A stretch of 64,000 nucleotides of DNA from Candidatus Nomurabacteria bacterium (GCA_020632135.1 JACKGC010000001.1:581124-645123), one strand, 5' to 3'; counted from the stretch's first letter, positions 34,036 through 42,234 are shown. Notes: generated from the sequence alone by a model not told the origin. Numbers and translations: made by a program.

Positions 34036-35787
34036 TTATACGTTTACTTCCGCAGATAATTTCACCAGCAATTCCTCCAACGTCAACGTTTCTGAGTGTT
34101 CTGTATCACGGCTTTCTAGTGTGACTGATCTTGCTTCAGCTTCTTTATCACCAATGACGATGAAGTAGGGGAGTTTGGCTTGTTTGGCGGCGCGGATCTT
34201 CTTGCCCATACTATCCTTGCTTGAGTCGAGTTCGACTCGGAAGGCGGCGGCGCGAAGCGCCGCCGCCACTTCCGCTGCGTACGCGTTGTGCGCATCAGCG
34301 ACCGGAATGATGGCCATCTGCACCGGCGAGAGCCAGAGCGGGAACTTGCCCGCAAAGTGCTCGATCATCACAGCCATAAAGCGTTCGAGCGAACCAGCGA
34401 TCGCTCGATGGATCATGACTGGAGTTTGCTTTTGTCCTTCACTGTCGGTGTACTCGAGGCCAAAGCGGCTTGGCATGACGAAGTCGAGCTGGGCGGTACC
34501 AAGTTGTCGTTCGCGACCGATGGCGTCATAGAACATGAAGTCGATCTTTGGTCCGTAGAAGGCTGCTTCACCTTCGACGCGCTTGTATGGCAGGTCGAGT
34601 CTTTTGGCTACTGCTTCGAGAGTACCCTCTGCTTTGTCCCAGACAGCATCATCGCCCAAGCGACCGCTAGGGTCATTTGGGTCGCTTACCGAAAGTGAGA
34701 CCCAGAATTTGCCGTCTTCGTACATGCCAAGGGCAGTGTAGAATTCCTTGATCACATTGACGATATTCTCAACTTCTTGCTCGATCTGATCGACGGTACA
34801 AAATACGTGTCCATCATCTTGCGTGATGCTGCGCACGCGGCTGAGGCCAATGAGCTCACCGGCCTGCTCGTCGCGGTAGACCATAGTGGTCTCGGCGTAG
34901 CGGATCGGCAGCTCTTTGTATGAGCGTGGCTGCGCGTCAAAGATCTGCGTGTGATGCGGGCAGTTCATCGGCTTCATGACAAACTCTGCGTCAGACTGAC
35001 CTTTCACTTTGAAGAGTTCGTCGCCAAACTTTTCCCAGTGGCCAGAGGTCTTGTACAGATCGCTCTTGGTGATGTGTGGAATGGTCACTTTCTGGTAGCC
35101 GTACTTAGCTTGGATCTGCATGATCTTTTCCACGATCAAGTCACGCATGAGGGTGCCCTTGGGGGTAAAGAGGGGGAGGCCAGGGCCGACCAAATCAGAG
35201 AAGGTAAAGAGGTCGAGTTCTTTGCCGAGCTTGCGATGATCGCGAGCCTTGGCTTCTGCTTGCTGTGTTTCGTAGGCTTCGAGTTCTTCTGTAGTGTCAA
35301 AGGCGAGACCGTAGAGGCGGGTGAGCATCGGGTTTTTCTCGTCACCGCGCCAATAGGCACCGGCGATCTTGTCGAGCTTGAAGGCATCGGCATTGATGTC
35401 TTTGTTAGGGTGCTCACAGTGGCCGCCACGGCAAAGGTCGGTAAACCCACCGCAGGTGTAGAGGGTGATCGGTTCGCCTTTGGCTTCGATCTCGCTGATG
35501 AGCTCAAGTTTGAATTGGTTGCCGGGGAAAGCAGCTCGCGCTTCATCAGCAGTCACTTCCTTGTGCGTGAACTCGGTCCACTTATTGAGCAGTTTCTTCA
35601 TGTCTTTCTGCAGGCCTTTGAGGTCGGCGTCGCCGGGAGCTTCGCCGGCAGAGAAGTCGATGTCATAGTAGAAGCCGTTGTCGACCGCTGGGCCGAGGGT
35701 GAGCTTGGCGTGTGGGTATTTTTGTAGTACTGCCGCGGCCAAGAGGTGGGCGAGCGTGTGTCGTTTGTGTTCGAGTGATTGTTCCAT
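34036..35787 (-). CDS. thrS: Threonyl-tRNA synthetase (no N-terminal TGS domain)
   Basis: Start at ATG 35787 (MEQSLEHKRHTLAHLLA, the editing-domain HxxxH). Class II motifs FRDEQAGELIGLSRVRSITQDDGH and GTAQLDF, plus a C-terminal anticodon-binding domain. Confidence 0.93.
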   Translation of the reverse strand: MEQSLEHKRHTLAHLLAAAVLQKYPHAKLTLGPAVDNGFYYDIDFSAGEAPGDADLKGLQKDMKKLLNKWTEFTHKEVTADEARAAFPGNQFKLELISEIEAKGEPITLYTCGGFTDLCRGGHCEHPNKDINADAFKLDKIAGAYWRGDEKNPMLTRLYGLAFDTTEELEAYETQQAEAKARDHRKLGKELDLFTFSDLVGPGLPLFTPKGTLMRDLIVEKIMQIQAKYGYQKVTIPHITKSDLYKTSGHWEKFGDELFKVKGQSDAEFVMKPMNCPHHTQIFDAQPRSYKELPIRYAETTMVYRDEQAGELIGLSRVRSITQDDGHVFCTVDQIEQEVENIVNVIKEFYTALGMYEDGKFWVSLSVSDPNDPSGRLGDDAVWDKAEGTLEAVAKRLDLPYKRVEGEAAFYGPKIDFMFYDAIGRERQLGTAQLDFVMPSRFGLEYTDSEGQKQTPVMIHRAIAGSLERFMAVMIEHFAGKFPLWLSPVQMAIIPVADAHNAYAAEVAAALRAAAFRVELDSSKDSMGKKIRAAKQAKLPYFIVIGDKEAEARSVTLESRDTEHSETLTLEELLVKLSAEVNV

Positions 35788-35983
35788 GATTTGATTTAGT
35801 TGCGATTGCACCTTCCTCACTTCTTCCAGACACGCGTCCTCGCCTCCGGCGGGCTCGGCGCTATGCTCGCTCGATTTCGCACTATCGTGCGACCGAGCAA
35901 ATCGAGCTGCGCAATGTCTGTCAAAAGTTAGGAAAGTGCAATCTTCCCGTGGTCGTACTGACGACCCAGGTGGTTAATAAAAG

Positions 35984-36175
35984 AAAAACGTCCGAGTAGA
36001 TACACGAAGTTCGTGTGCCTACTCGGACGATCTTGATCGCGGTTCCACCGAGTTTCCACTTCAGTATGCTGAAGGGCGCTTCATTAGTACAGATTAGAAG
36101 GGAGGTGAATCCTCATGACGGCTCGCTGCGCTCGCCGTCCAGCGGTTGGTGGCCGCCACAATCTCTGTATGTACA
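35984..36175 (-). promoter_or_regulatory. T-box riboswitch leader of thrS
   Basis: The minus strand reads ...AAACUCGGUGGAACCGCG (T-box sequence; plus strand 36038..36049), followed by terminator CGUCCGAGUAG...CUACUCGGACG plus UUUUU. AGAGA element near the 5' end. Candidate -35 TTGACA at 36203..36198 and -10 TAGGAT at 36181..36176. Confidence 0.75.
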
Positions 36176-36204
36176 ATCCTAGCGCGCTTCAAAATATTGT
36201 CAAA

Positions 36205-36234
36205 CAAAAAGTCACGCCAAATAAGGCGTGACTT
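36205..36234 (-). terminator. Rho-independent terminator after ORF 36254..36703
   Basis: The minus strand reads AGTCACGCC-ttattt-GGCGTGACT followed by TTTTT. Confidence 0.8.
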
Positions 36235-36253
36235 TGCATCTTGATGTTTGATC

Positions 36254-36703
36254 CTACAGCCCCTTAAGTTTGGTAAGTAGGCCGGGCACTTCTCTCCATA
36301 AGAACTGGTCCCTCTTAATCCTATATGCTTGTCTTTTTCTTCCCCACTCTGCTTCGCTTTTGACAATCTCAGCTTCGGAGATTGCTGTAAGATCATCGAT
36401 TTTTCCATCGAAATCGAAATCGATAACAAAGCGAAGTTGCTTTTCAATGCCATTCTCACCGGAATAGTGCTTTCCTTGAGAGGCATCTTTGACAAGCTGT
36501 AGATAGTCTTTAACTACAGAGAGCGTTTCTTCAACCAAAAATTCACCGGTACAGATTTTGGGGTAACTAGGCACAAAGAAACAATCTTTGGCTTTGAAAG
36601 TCGCGACAGTCTCAAGGGTAGACTGCTGAGCTTCGCGCAACTGTTCAATTTGAGGGAGGATTTCTTTCTGAAATCTTTCAGAAATATTGATGCCATCTAG
36701 CAT
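36254..36703 (-). CDS. Hypothetical protein (orphan, cassette-like position)
   Basis: 149 aa from the ATG at 36703 (MLDGINISERF). No recognised motif. Own terminator. Lies just beyond the outermost dnaE 3'-end copy. Confidence 0.5.
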   Translation of the reverse strand: MLDGINISERFQKEILPQIEQLREAQQSTLETVATFKAKDCFFVPSYPKICTGEFLVEETLSVVKDYLQLVKDASQGKHYSGENGIEKQLRFVIDFDFDGKIDDLTAISEAEIVKSEAEWGRKRQAYRIKRDQFLWREVPGLLTKLKGL

Positions 36704-36774
36704 TTGACGTCTCCTGAGTTGAGATGGAACAGGGTTTTGCTGAAAGCAAACTTTACTACTAAATGTTAGATATG

Positions 36775-36925
36775 TCAATTTTTTGTCACCGGCTCCCCGA
36801 CCAGCTCATCATTCCCGAGCTTCTTCACTTTATCAATGAGAATTGACGGCTCGTCGTTGCGGACATTGAACTTGCCCTTGATCACCACACAAGTGTCGGG
36901 TTGGAGGAGTTCGTTTTTGTCTGTC
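36775..36925 (-). pseudogene. Relic copy of the dnaE 3' end (copy C)
   Basis: Encodes ..ELLQPDTCVVIKGKFNVRNDEPSILIDKVKKLGNDELVGEPVTKN*. dnaE ends ..ELLVPGTCVAIKGKFNLRNDEPSILIDKVKKLGNDELVGEPISNQ*. By hand count, 106 of 138 nt are identical. Confidence 0.85.
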
Positions 36926-37005
36926 CAGGTCAAGTCTGCAGCTTTTTGGTATACTTTTGTTATATGGAAACATTCAAACAAAATCCTGATGATGAGCAGA
37001 AGGGT

Positions 37006-37485
37006 ATGAGTAACAAAGCAAAAGCAATTGGAGCAGCTGCGCTGGTTGGTATGTCGGCGACTGCTGATGCTGGTTCGCAAGAAAATACAGACGCGATTGA
37101 TAGTGGTGAGGGGACTGTAGAAATGAATCAAGATCCGAGGATACAGGTCGTTGAAGAACAGGGTTTTTTGTATGGTGGTGAGTCAGATGAAATGTTGCAC
37201 GAACTCACGCCATTATTTGTGCAAGAGCAAATCGACCGAATCATGGCTCACCCGCTTACTGAAGTAATGTCAGGAGGTGAGGTGACAGTGAAGTCAGTCA
37301 TGGCTGAGCCAGGCGGAACAGCCTTTGTGACGCTTTCAGCAGATGGTCAGGATATTGCTGTAAATCTTTCCCGCTTCACTTCTACGGAAAATGGACAAGT
37401 TTCAATAAAGCCTCCAGCTGTTGGGGGTTCTCTTATCATTGAGCTTGAAAATAATGGAATTATAAAATTTTCACAGCCAAACTAG
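37006..37485 (+). CDS. Hypothetical secreted protein (cassette gene)
   Basis: Signal peptide MSNKAKAIGAAALVGMSATADA. Alternative starts at 36964 and 36901. Own terminator at 37509..37535. Confidence 0.55.
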   Translation: MSNKAKAIGAAALVGMSATADAGSQENTDAIDSGEGTVEMNQDPRIQVVEEQGFLYGGESDEMLHELTPLFVQEQIDRIMAHPLTEVMSGGEVTVKSVMAEPGGTAFVTLSADGQDIAVNLSRFTSTENGQVSIKPPAVGGSLIIELENNGIIKFSQPN

Positions 37486-37508
37486 TACTGGTAATTTAGC
37501 TTCAAATT

Positions 37509-37535
37509 AAAAACAGCACGAAGGTGCTGTTTTTT
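37509..37535 (+). terminator. Rho-independent terminator
   Basis: AAAAACAGCAC-gaag-GTGCTGTTTTTT. Confidence 0.85.
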
Positions 37536-37559
37536 GGGTGTGATTACTTAGGATGATTA

Positions 37560-37628
37560 TTAGGTGATGGGCTCTCCAACCAACTCATCATTTTCCAGCC
37601 GCTTCACTTTATCTATCAAAATACTAGG
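37560..37628 (-). pseudogene. Relic copy of the dnaE 3' end (copy B, 23 codons)
   Basis: Encodes PSILIDKVKRLENDELVGEPIT*, matching the last 22 residues of DnaE. An in-frame TGA lies just upstream. Confidence 0.8.
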
Positions 37629-37659
37629 TCCTTTGGTTCAAAACTACTTGACACGAAGT

Positions 37660-37679
37660 GTACACTTTAGGTACACTTT
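37660..37679 (+). promoter_or_regulatory. Direct repeat GTACACTTT x2 (candidate Phd/YefM operator) within the TA promoter
   Basis: GTACACTTT at 37660..37668 and 37671..37679 (11-bp register), downstream of TTGACA (37648..37653). The ATG at 37684 has no SD. Confidence 0.5.
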
Positions 37680-37683
37680 TAGT

Positions 37684-37932
37684 ATGAATACAAAATTTGT
37701 TGGGGTTAAAGAGTTTCGCCAGAATATTTCTGACTATGCCAAAAAAGCTCAGCAAGGGAAGAGTCGTTTTGTGGTGATGAATCGAAACAAGCCTTTGTTT
37801 GAAATCAAGCCGTTTAAAAATGGCGAGTTTACTGATGAGTTTGTAGCGAGTGTGCGACAAGGTGAAGCCGACATGGCCGCCGGCCGAGTATACACCGAAG
37901 CTGAAGTAATGGAGAAATTAGGGATTGCATGA
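37684..37932 (+). CDS. Phd/YefM-family antitoxin
   Basis: 82 aa from the ATG at 37684. VGVKEFRQNISDYAKKAQQGKSRFVVMNRNKPLFEI is the typical Phd/YefM N-terminal fold signature. Confidence 0.75.
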   Translation: MNTKFVGVKEFRQNISDYAKKAQQGKSRFVVMNRNKPLFEIKPFKNGEFTDEFVASVRQGEADMAAGRVYTEAEVMEKLGIA

Positions 37933-38204
37933 GTCGGTCAGTATCGGTGCTGTATACCCAGCAATCTCTGAAAGAACTGCGCGCAATAGATCAGTCTACT
38001 GCAGGTCGGATAATAAAAAAGATTTCAAGTAACGCAGCAATGACCGATCCTTTGACGCGAGCAAAAGCGCTACAGGGAAATTTTTCGGGAATGTACCGTT
38101 ATCGCATTGGTGACTATCGGGCGGTGTTTATCATCGACGAGGATAACATTATCACCTTGATAACAATTGTGACAATTAAACACCGTAAAGATGTGTATCG
38201 GTAA
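37929..38204 (+). CDS. RelE/ParE-family toxin
   Basis: ATGA overlap with the antitoxin. LQGNFSGMYRYRIGDYRAVFIIDEDNIITLITIVTIKHRKDVY is a classic RelE/ParE C-terminal pattern. Confidence 0.8.
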   Translation: MSRSVSVLYTQQSLKELRAIDQSTAGRIIKKISSNAAMTDPLTRAKALQGNFSGMYRYRIGDYRAVFIIDEDNIITLITIVTIKHRKDVYR

Positions 38205-38205
38205 A

Positions 38206-41200
38206 TCACTGGTTTGAAATTGGCTCGCCAACCAACTCATCATTCCCTAGCTTTTTCACCTTATCAATCAAAATACTTGGCTCGTCGTTACGGAGGTTGA
38301 ACTTGCCTTTGATGGCCACACAGGTGCCGGGCACGAGCAGCTCGCGGTTGTCGTGGTAGGTTTCCGGGAAGGCAACCGTTTCGATGCTGTCTTGCTGGTC
38401 GGCGAGTTTGATGAAGGCCATGCGGTCGCCTTTTTTGGTGAGAAGCTCCTTTACGCTCTCGATCAAGCCGGTGGTGACGACCGTCACGCCCTGGTAGCTT
38501 TTCTTCACCTGCTCGATGCGCGGCCGTTTTTCTACCTCGGCTGCGACCGCATCAAGTGGGTGGCCGGACACGTACACGCCAAGGAGCTCTTTTTCCCACA
38601 GCAGCATTTGGCCAACGGGTGCAGGGTCAGCGGGAGTAAGTACGAGACCGTTTACTTCCGCCATGCCGCCAAAGAGTGAGTCTTGGCCGGTTTCTTTGCC
38701 GGCGATGTGTTCGCGGTTGTACGCGAGGAGGTTGTCGAGATTGGCAAAGAGAATGCCGCGCTCCTCAAACTTATCAAATGCACCAGTCATGATGAGGGCT
38801 TCGAGGGATTTTTTGTTGAGACCGCGGTCGTGAATACGAGTAAGGAAATCTTGCATTGATGCAAACGGCCCATTTTTCTTTCGTTCAGCGATGATAACAT
38901 CAGCGATACCTTCACCGAAGTTTTTGATGGTAGTGAGTCCGAAGCGGATGGTGTTCTTGTCTGGTACCACTGAGAAGTCGGAAAAAGATTCGTTGATGTC
39001 TGGCGGCAGCACCGGCACGCCCATACGCTCACATTCGTGGATGATCTCAGAGATCTTTTCAGTGTCACCAGAGTCAGCGGTGAGTACGGCTGACATGTAC
39101 TCGACGGGGTAGTTGGCCTTCATGTAGGCGGTCTGGTAGGCGACGCGTCCGTACGATGCTGCGTGCGCTTTGTTGAATCCGTACGCCGCAAACGGCTCAA
39201 TGAGTTTCCAGAGCTGTTCAGACTTCTGCTCGGATAGGCCGTGCTCAATAAAGCCAGCAAAGAGCTTTTTCTTCTGCTCTTCCATGAGCTCAGGGATCTT
39301 CTTACCCATCGCTTTACGCAACATGTCAGCCTCGAGCCAGCTGTAGCCAGCGAGCTCAATTGAGATCATCATCACGTCATCTTGGTAGGTGATTACCCCG
39401 TACGAGCGCTCAAGAATAGGCTCAAGGCGGGGGTCGAGGTAGGAAACCAGTGCCGGGTTATGCTTGCGCTCGATGTAGGTAGGGATCATTTCCATCGGGC
39501 CTGGGCGGTAGAGGGCCACCATCGCGTTGATGTCGTGAATGGTCGAAGGCTTGAGCTGTTTGAGAAAGGCGGTCATGCCGGAGCCGTTGAGCTGGAAGAG
39601 CCCCATGGTCTGTCCAGCGGCGAGCATGGCGAAAGTTTTCTCGTCATCAAGGGGGATGTTTTCAATATCGATATCGACGTTGTGGATCTTCTTCACACGC
39701 TTCACCGCGTCGGCGAGGATGGCGAGGTTCTTGATGCCAAGGAAGTCAAACTTCAGGAGGCCAACGCCATCCTCGCCGACGCTCTTCATTTCATACTGGG
39801 TAATGGCTTTGCCGGTCTTGGAGTCGATCTGGATCGGCACATAATTATTGAGCGGCTGGGGAGCGATCACGACACCAGCCGCGTGCACCCCAAGGTGTCG
39901 GACGCGGCCTTCGATCTGCTTAGCAAGGTCGATCACCTCGCGGCTTTCTGCGTCTTTCTTGTATAGCTCAGCGAGGTCGGGTTCGATCTCGAGCGCCTTG
40001 GCGATGGTCATTGGGAAGCCTTGGCTGCCCATCGGAATGAGCTTAGCGATGGTGTCGCCGGTGGAGTAGCTGTGGCCAAGGGCCCGGGCCACGTCGCGCA
40101 CGGCAGCGCGCGCCATCATGGTACCGAAGGTGCCGATCTGGGCGACATTGTCTTGGCCGTACTTCTCGCGCGCGTAGGCAATGATCTCGTCGCGACGATT
40201 ATCAGCAAAGTCCATGTCGATATCAGGGGCGGAAGGACGCTCAGGGTTGAGAAAACGTTCGAAGGGGAGGCGGTACTCGAGCGGGTTTACGTTCGTAATG
40301 CCGAGTACGTAGGTGCTGAGCGAGCCCGCCACCGATCCTCGAATGGTGGTGTAGATACCGCGCTCGCGCGCTTCGCGCAGAAGGTCGCCTACGGCGAGGA
40401 AGTAGGTAGCGTAGCCCTTCATCTTGATGACGTCGAGTTCAAAGGTGAGGCGCTGTTTGAGTTCTTCATTTTCCGGATCGAGCCCGCGCCAAGTCACACC
40501 TTCCCAGGCGCGGTGGTGGAGTTCGTCGTCAGACGTACGACCACTTTCGATGATGTAGTTAGGGAACATCCAGGCTTCTTGGCCGAGTGTGATCTTGACG
40601 TTGCACTCGTTGGCGATCTTTACTGTGTTCTCGATCGCCTCAGGCACATCCTTAAACCACTCTTTCATTTCCGCTTGGGTCTTGAAAGAAAAATCCTCCG
40701 CGGTGTCATGGTCAGCGGTGGTGTCTACGACACCACCGCTCCCGATCTTCACCATCGTCTCACGCGCGAGACGGTCTCCAGGCCTCATATAGTAGATGTC
40801 TTGCGCTGCGACTAGTGGCGTTTTGGTGTCCGTAGCCAGCTGCTTTATCTGATCTTGCACTTCTTGATGGCCAAAGATCTCTGGGTGGTGCGAAATTTCC
40901 AGGTAGCAGTCAGCACCAAAGACGCGTTTGTACCAGTCGAGGCGCTCGGCGGCTTTGTCGGGGTTGTGGTCTTTAAGGGCCTGGGCGACTTCGCCGGCAA
41001 AGGAAGGGATGATACAGATGAGTCCCTCGTGATGTTTTTCTAGGAGCTCGTCGTCAATGCGCGGGCGGTAGTAGAAACCATCAATGTTGGAACGGGTGAC
41101 CATCTCGATCAGGTTTTGGTAGCCAAAAAAAGTTTTAGAAAGGAGCACCAGTCGAGACCGTGGTTTGTCGATATTTACTTCCTTATCAAAGCGCGTGCGC

Positions 41201-41448
41201 GGTGCAAGAAAAGCGTCGAGGCCGATGATCGGCTTGACGTCTTCATAGGTGCAGGCTTTGTAGAAATCAATTGCCCCGTAGAGCGCGCCGGCGTCGGTGA
41301 TGGCGAGTGCGTCCTGGCCATCGGCCTTGGCGGCCTTCACGAGTTCCTTCGGGGTGGGTACGGCATTGAGGAGGGAGTACATTGAATGTACGTGGAGGTG
41401 TACGAAGTCGGCCTTGATGGGTGGGTAGGATTGGTCGGTTTCTGCCAT
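38206..41448 (-). CDS. dnaE: DNA polymerase III alpha subunit
   Basis: N-terminal PHP domain (FVHLHVHSMYSLL), palm/fingers blocks (PDIDMDF, LLKFDFLGIKNL, GLFQLNGSGM), C-terminal OB fold. 1080 aa, no intein. Confidence 0.95.
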   Translation of the reverse strand: MAETDQSYPPIKADFVHLHVHSMYSLLNAVPTPKELVKAAKADGQDALAITDAGALYGAIDFYKACTYEDVKPIIGLDAFLAPRTRFDKEVNIDKPRSRLVLLSKTFFGYQNLIEMVTRSNIDGFYYRPRIDDELLEKHHEGLICIIPSFAGEVAQALKDHNPDKAAERLDWYKRVFGADCYLEISHHPEIFGHQEVQDQIKQLATDTKTPLVAAQDIYYMRPGDRLARETMVKIGSGGVVDTTADHDTAEDFSFKTQAEMKEWFKDVPEAIENTVKIANECNVKITLGQEAWMFPNYIIESGRTSDDELHHRAWEGVTWRGLDPENEELKQRLTFELDVIKMKGYATYFLAVGDLLREARERGIYTTIRGSVAGSLSTYVLGITNVNPLEYRLPFERFLNPERPSAPDIDMDFADNRRDEIIAYAREKYGQDNVAQIGTFGTMMARAAVRDVARALGHSYSTGDTIAKLIPMGSQGFPMTIAKALEIEPDLAELYKKDAESREVIDLAKQIEGRVRHLGVHAAGVVIAPQPLNNYVPIQIDSKTGKAITQYEMKSVGEDGVGLLKFDFLGIKNLAILADAVKRVKKIHNVDIDIENIPLDDEKTFAMLAAGQTMGLFQLNGSGMTAFLKQLKPSTIHDINAMVALYRPGPMEMIPTYIERKHNPALVSYLDPRLEPILERSYGVITYQDDVMMISIELAGYSWLEADMLRKAMGKKIPELMEEQKKKLFAGFIEHGLSEQKSEQLWKLIEPFAAYGFNKAHAASYGRVAYQTAYMKANYPVEYMSAVLTADSGDTEKISEIIHECERMGVPVLPPDINESFSDFSVVPDKNTIRFGLTTIKNFGEGIADVIIAERKKNGPFASMQDFLTRIHDRGLNKKSLEALIMTGAFDKFEERGILFANLDNLLAYNREHIAGKETGQDSLFGGMAEVNGLVLTPADPAPVGQMLLWEKELLGVYVSGHPLDAVAAEVEKRPRIEQVKKSYQGVTVVTTGLIESVKELLTKKGDRMAFIKLADQQDSIETVAFPETYHDNRELLVPGTCVAIKGKFNLRNDEPSILIDKVKKLGNDELVGEPISNQ

Positions 41449-41481
41449 GGTGGGGGAATTATAGCAGAAATCGCTCAGAGC

Positions 41482-41607
41482 AGCCCAGCGGCGTGGTTGT
41501 CTGACTCAGCGTCCTCGCCTTCCTGTTTTCATGGTCGGACTGGGCGTCCTCCCTGAAAACCAAGTCAGTCTGCGGGATGCTTCGCTAGACAACCACGCCG
41601 CTGGGCT
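41482..41607. repeat. Long imperfect hairpin closed by a 21-bp perfect inverted repeat, in the dnaE 5' region
   Basis: AGCCCAGCGGCGTGGTTGTCT (41482..41502) pairs with AGACAACCACGCCGCTGGGCT (41587..41607). The 84-nt interior has further partial pairing. Confidence 0.7.
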
Positions 41608-41689
41608 TTCGTTCCCGGTCAGTCAGCTGGACCGTGTCACTTCTTTAAAACGATATTCTTGCAATGCTGTCTGGGGGATATTTCTCAAC

Positions 41690-41727
41690 AGAAAAACCGT
41701 CCAGCAGAACGGTTTTCTGTTGGACGG
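41690..41727 (-). terminator. Rho-independent terminator after ORF 41732..42112
   Basis: The minus strand reads CCGTCCAACAGAA-aaccg-TTCTGCTGGACGG followed by TTTTT. Confidence 0.8.
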
Positions 41728-41731
41728 TTGG

Positions 41732-42112
41732 TTAGGTCTGGTGCCAGGTTACTTCGAGGTTATAAATTAACCTTTTGTTACCTACTTGAAGTCTGTCGTC
41801 TACATCATAAATGTACCACCTTGGTTTCGGTTCAGATTGGTTTTTGCCGAAACAGCCGACCTTTAGACATCTCACTGCCGGATTTGTTGACAGTTCGGGT
41901 ATAGTACCACTTTTGAGGCGTAGGTAAGGTCCGAATTCACCATCACCATCGTCAAATGTCATGTCCACCTTCATCACGGCTACACTCGGGTAGTCTTCGT
42001 GGTTCATTATCAGGGTTACCGATAATCCACGCGCAACCATAACTGCTAGTTGGTCTACAGATTCGACTTCAAGGCCAGTTTCGTTTAGTAGCTCAATTAG
42101 AGTCTGTGCCAT
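41732..42112 (-). CDS. Hypothetical protein
   Basis: 126 aa from the ATG at 42112, preceded by AGGAG 9 nt upstream. No recognised motif. Confidence 0.55.
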   Translation of the reverse strand: MAQTLIELLNETGLEVESVDQLAVMVARGLSVTLIMNHEDYPSVAVMKVDMTFDDGDGEFGPYLRLKSGTIPELSTNPAVRCLKVGCFGKNQSEPKPRWYIYDVDDRLQVGNKRLIYNLEVTWHQT

Positions 42113-42195
42113 TGAACTTCTCCTGGGAAGGGTGCAAAAACTTATTTTATAATACATTAATTTTCATATAAAGTCAAATTTGCTATACTACCCAC

Positions 42196-42234
42196 ATGAA
42201 ATCGAAGTGGCTGGTGGGATTGGATGAGGCAGGT
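42196..42234 (+). pseudogene. Relic copy of the rnhB 5' end (13 codons)
   Basis: ATG AAA TCG AAG TGG CTG GTG GGA TTG GAT GAG GCA GGT encodes MKSKWLVGLDEAG. The functional start is MSKFLVGIDEAGRG at 42354. The frame then runs into unrelated sequence and stops at 42369. Confidence 0.7.

Noticed and set aside
35835-35846. The 12-mer GCGTCCTCGCCT is shared between the thrS 5' region and the dnaE upstream hairpin element (41509..41520), which suggested a common repeat family.
   Set aside because: On the order of a hundred exact 12-mer coincidences are expected by chance within 64 kb, and the flanking sequences do not align.
36094-36495. A 133-aa minus-strand ORF spanning the thrS leader.
   Set aside because: It overlaps the T-box terminator and T-box sequence and, in another frame, the better-supported ORF 36254..36703. 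It has no SD or motif support.
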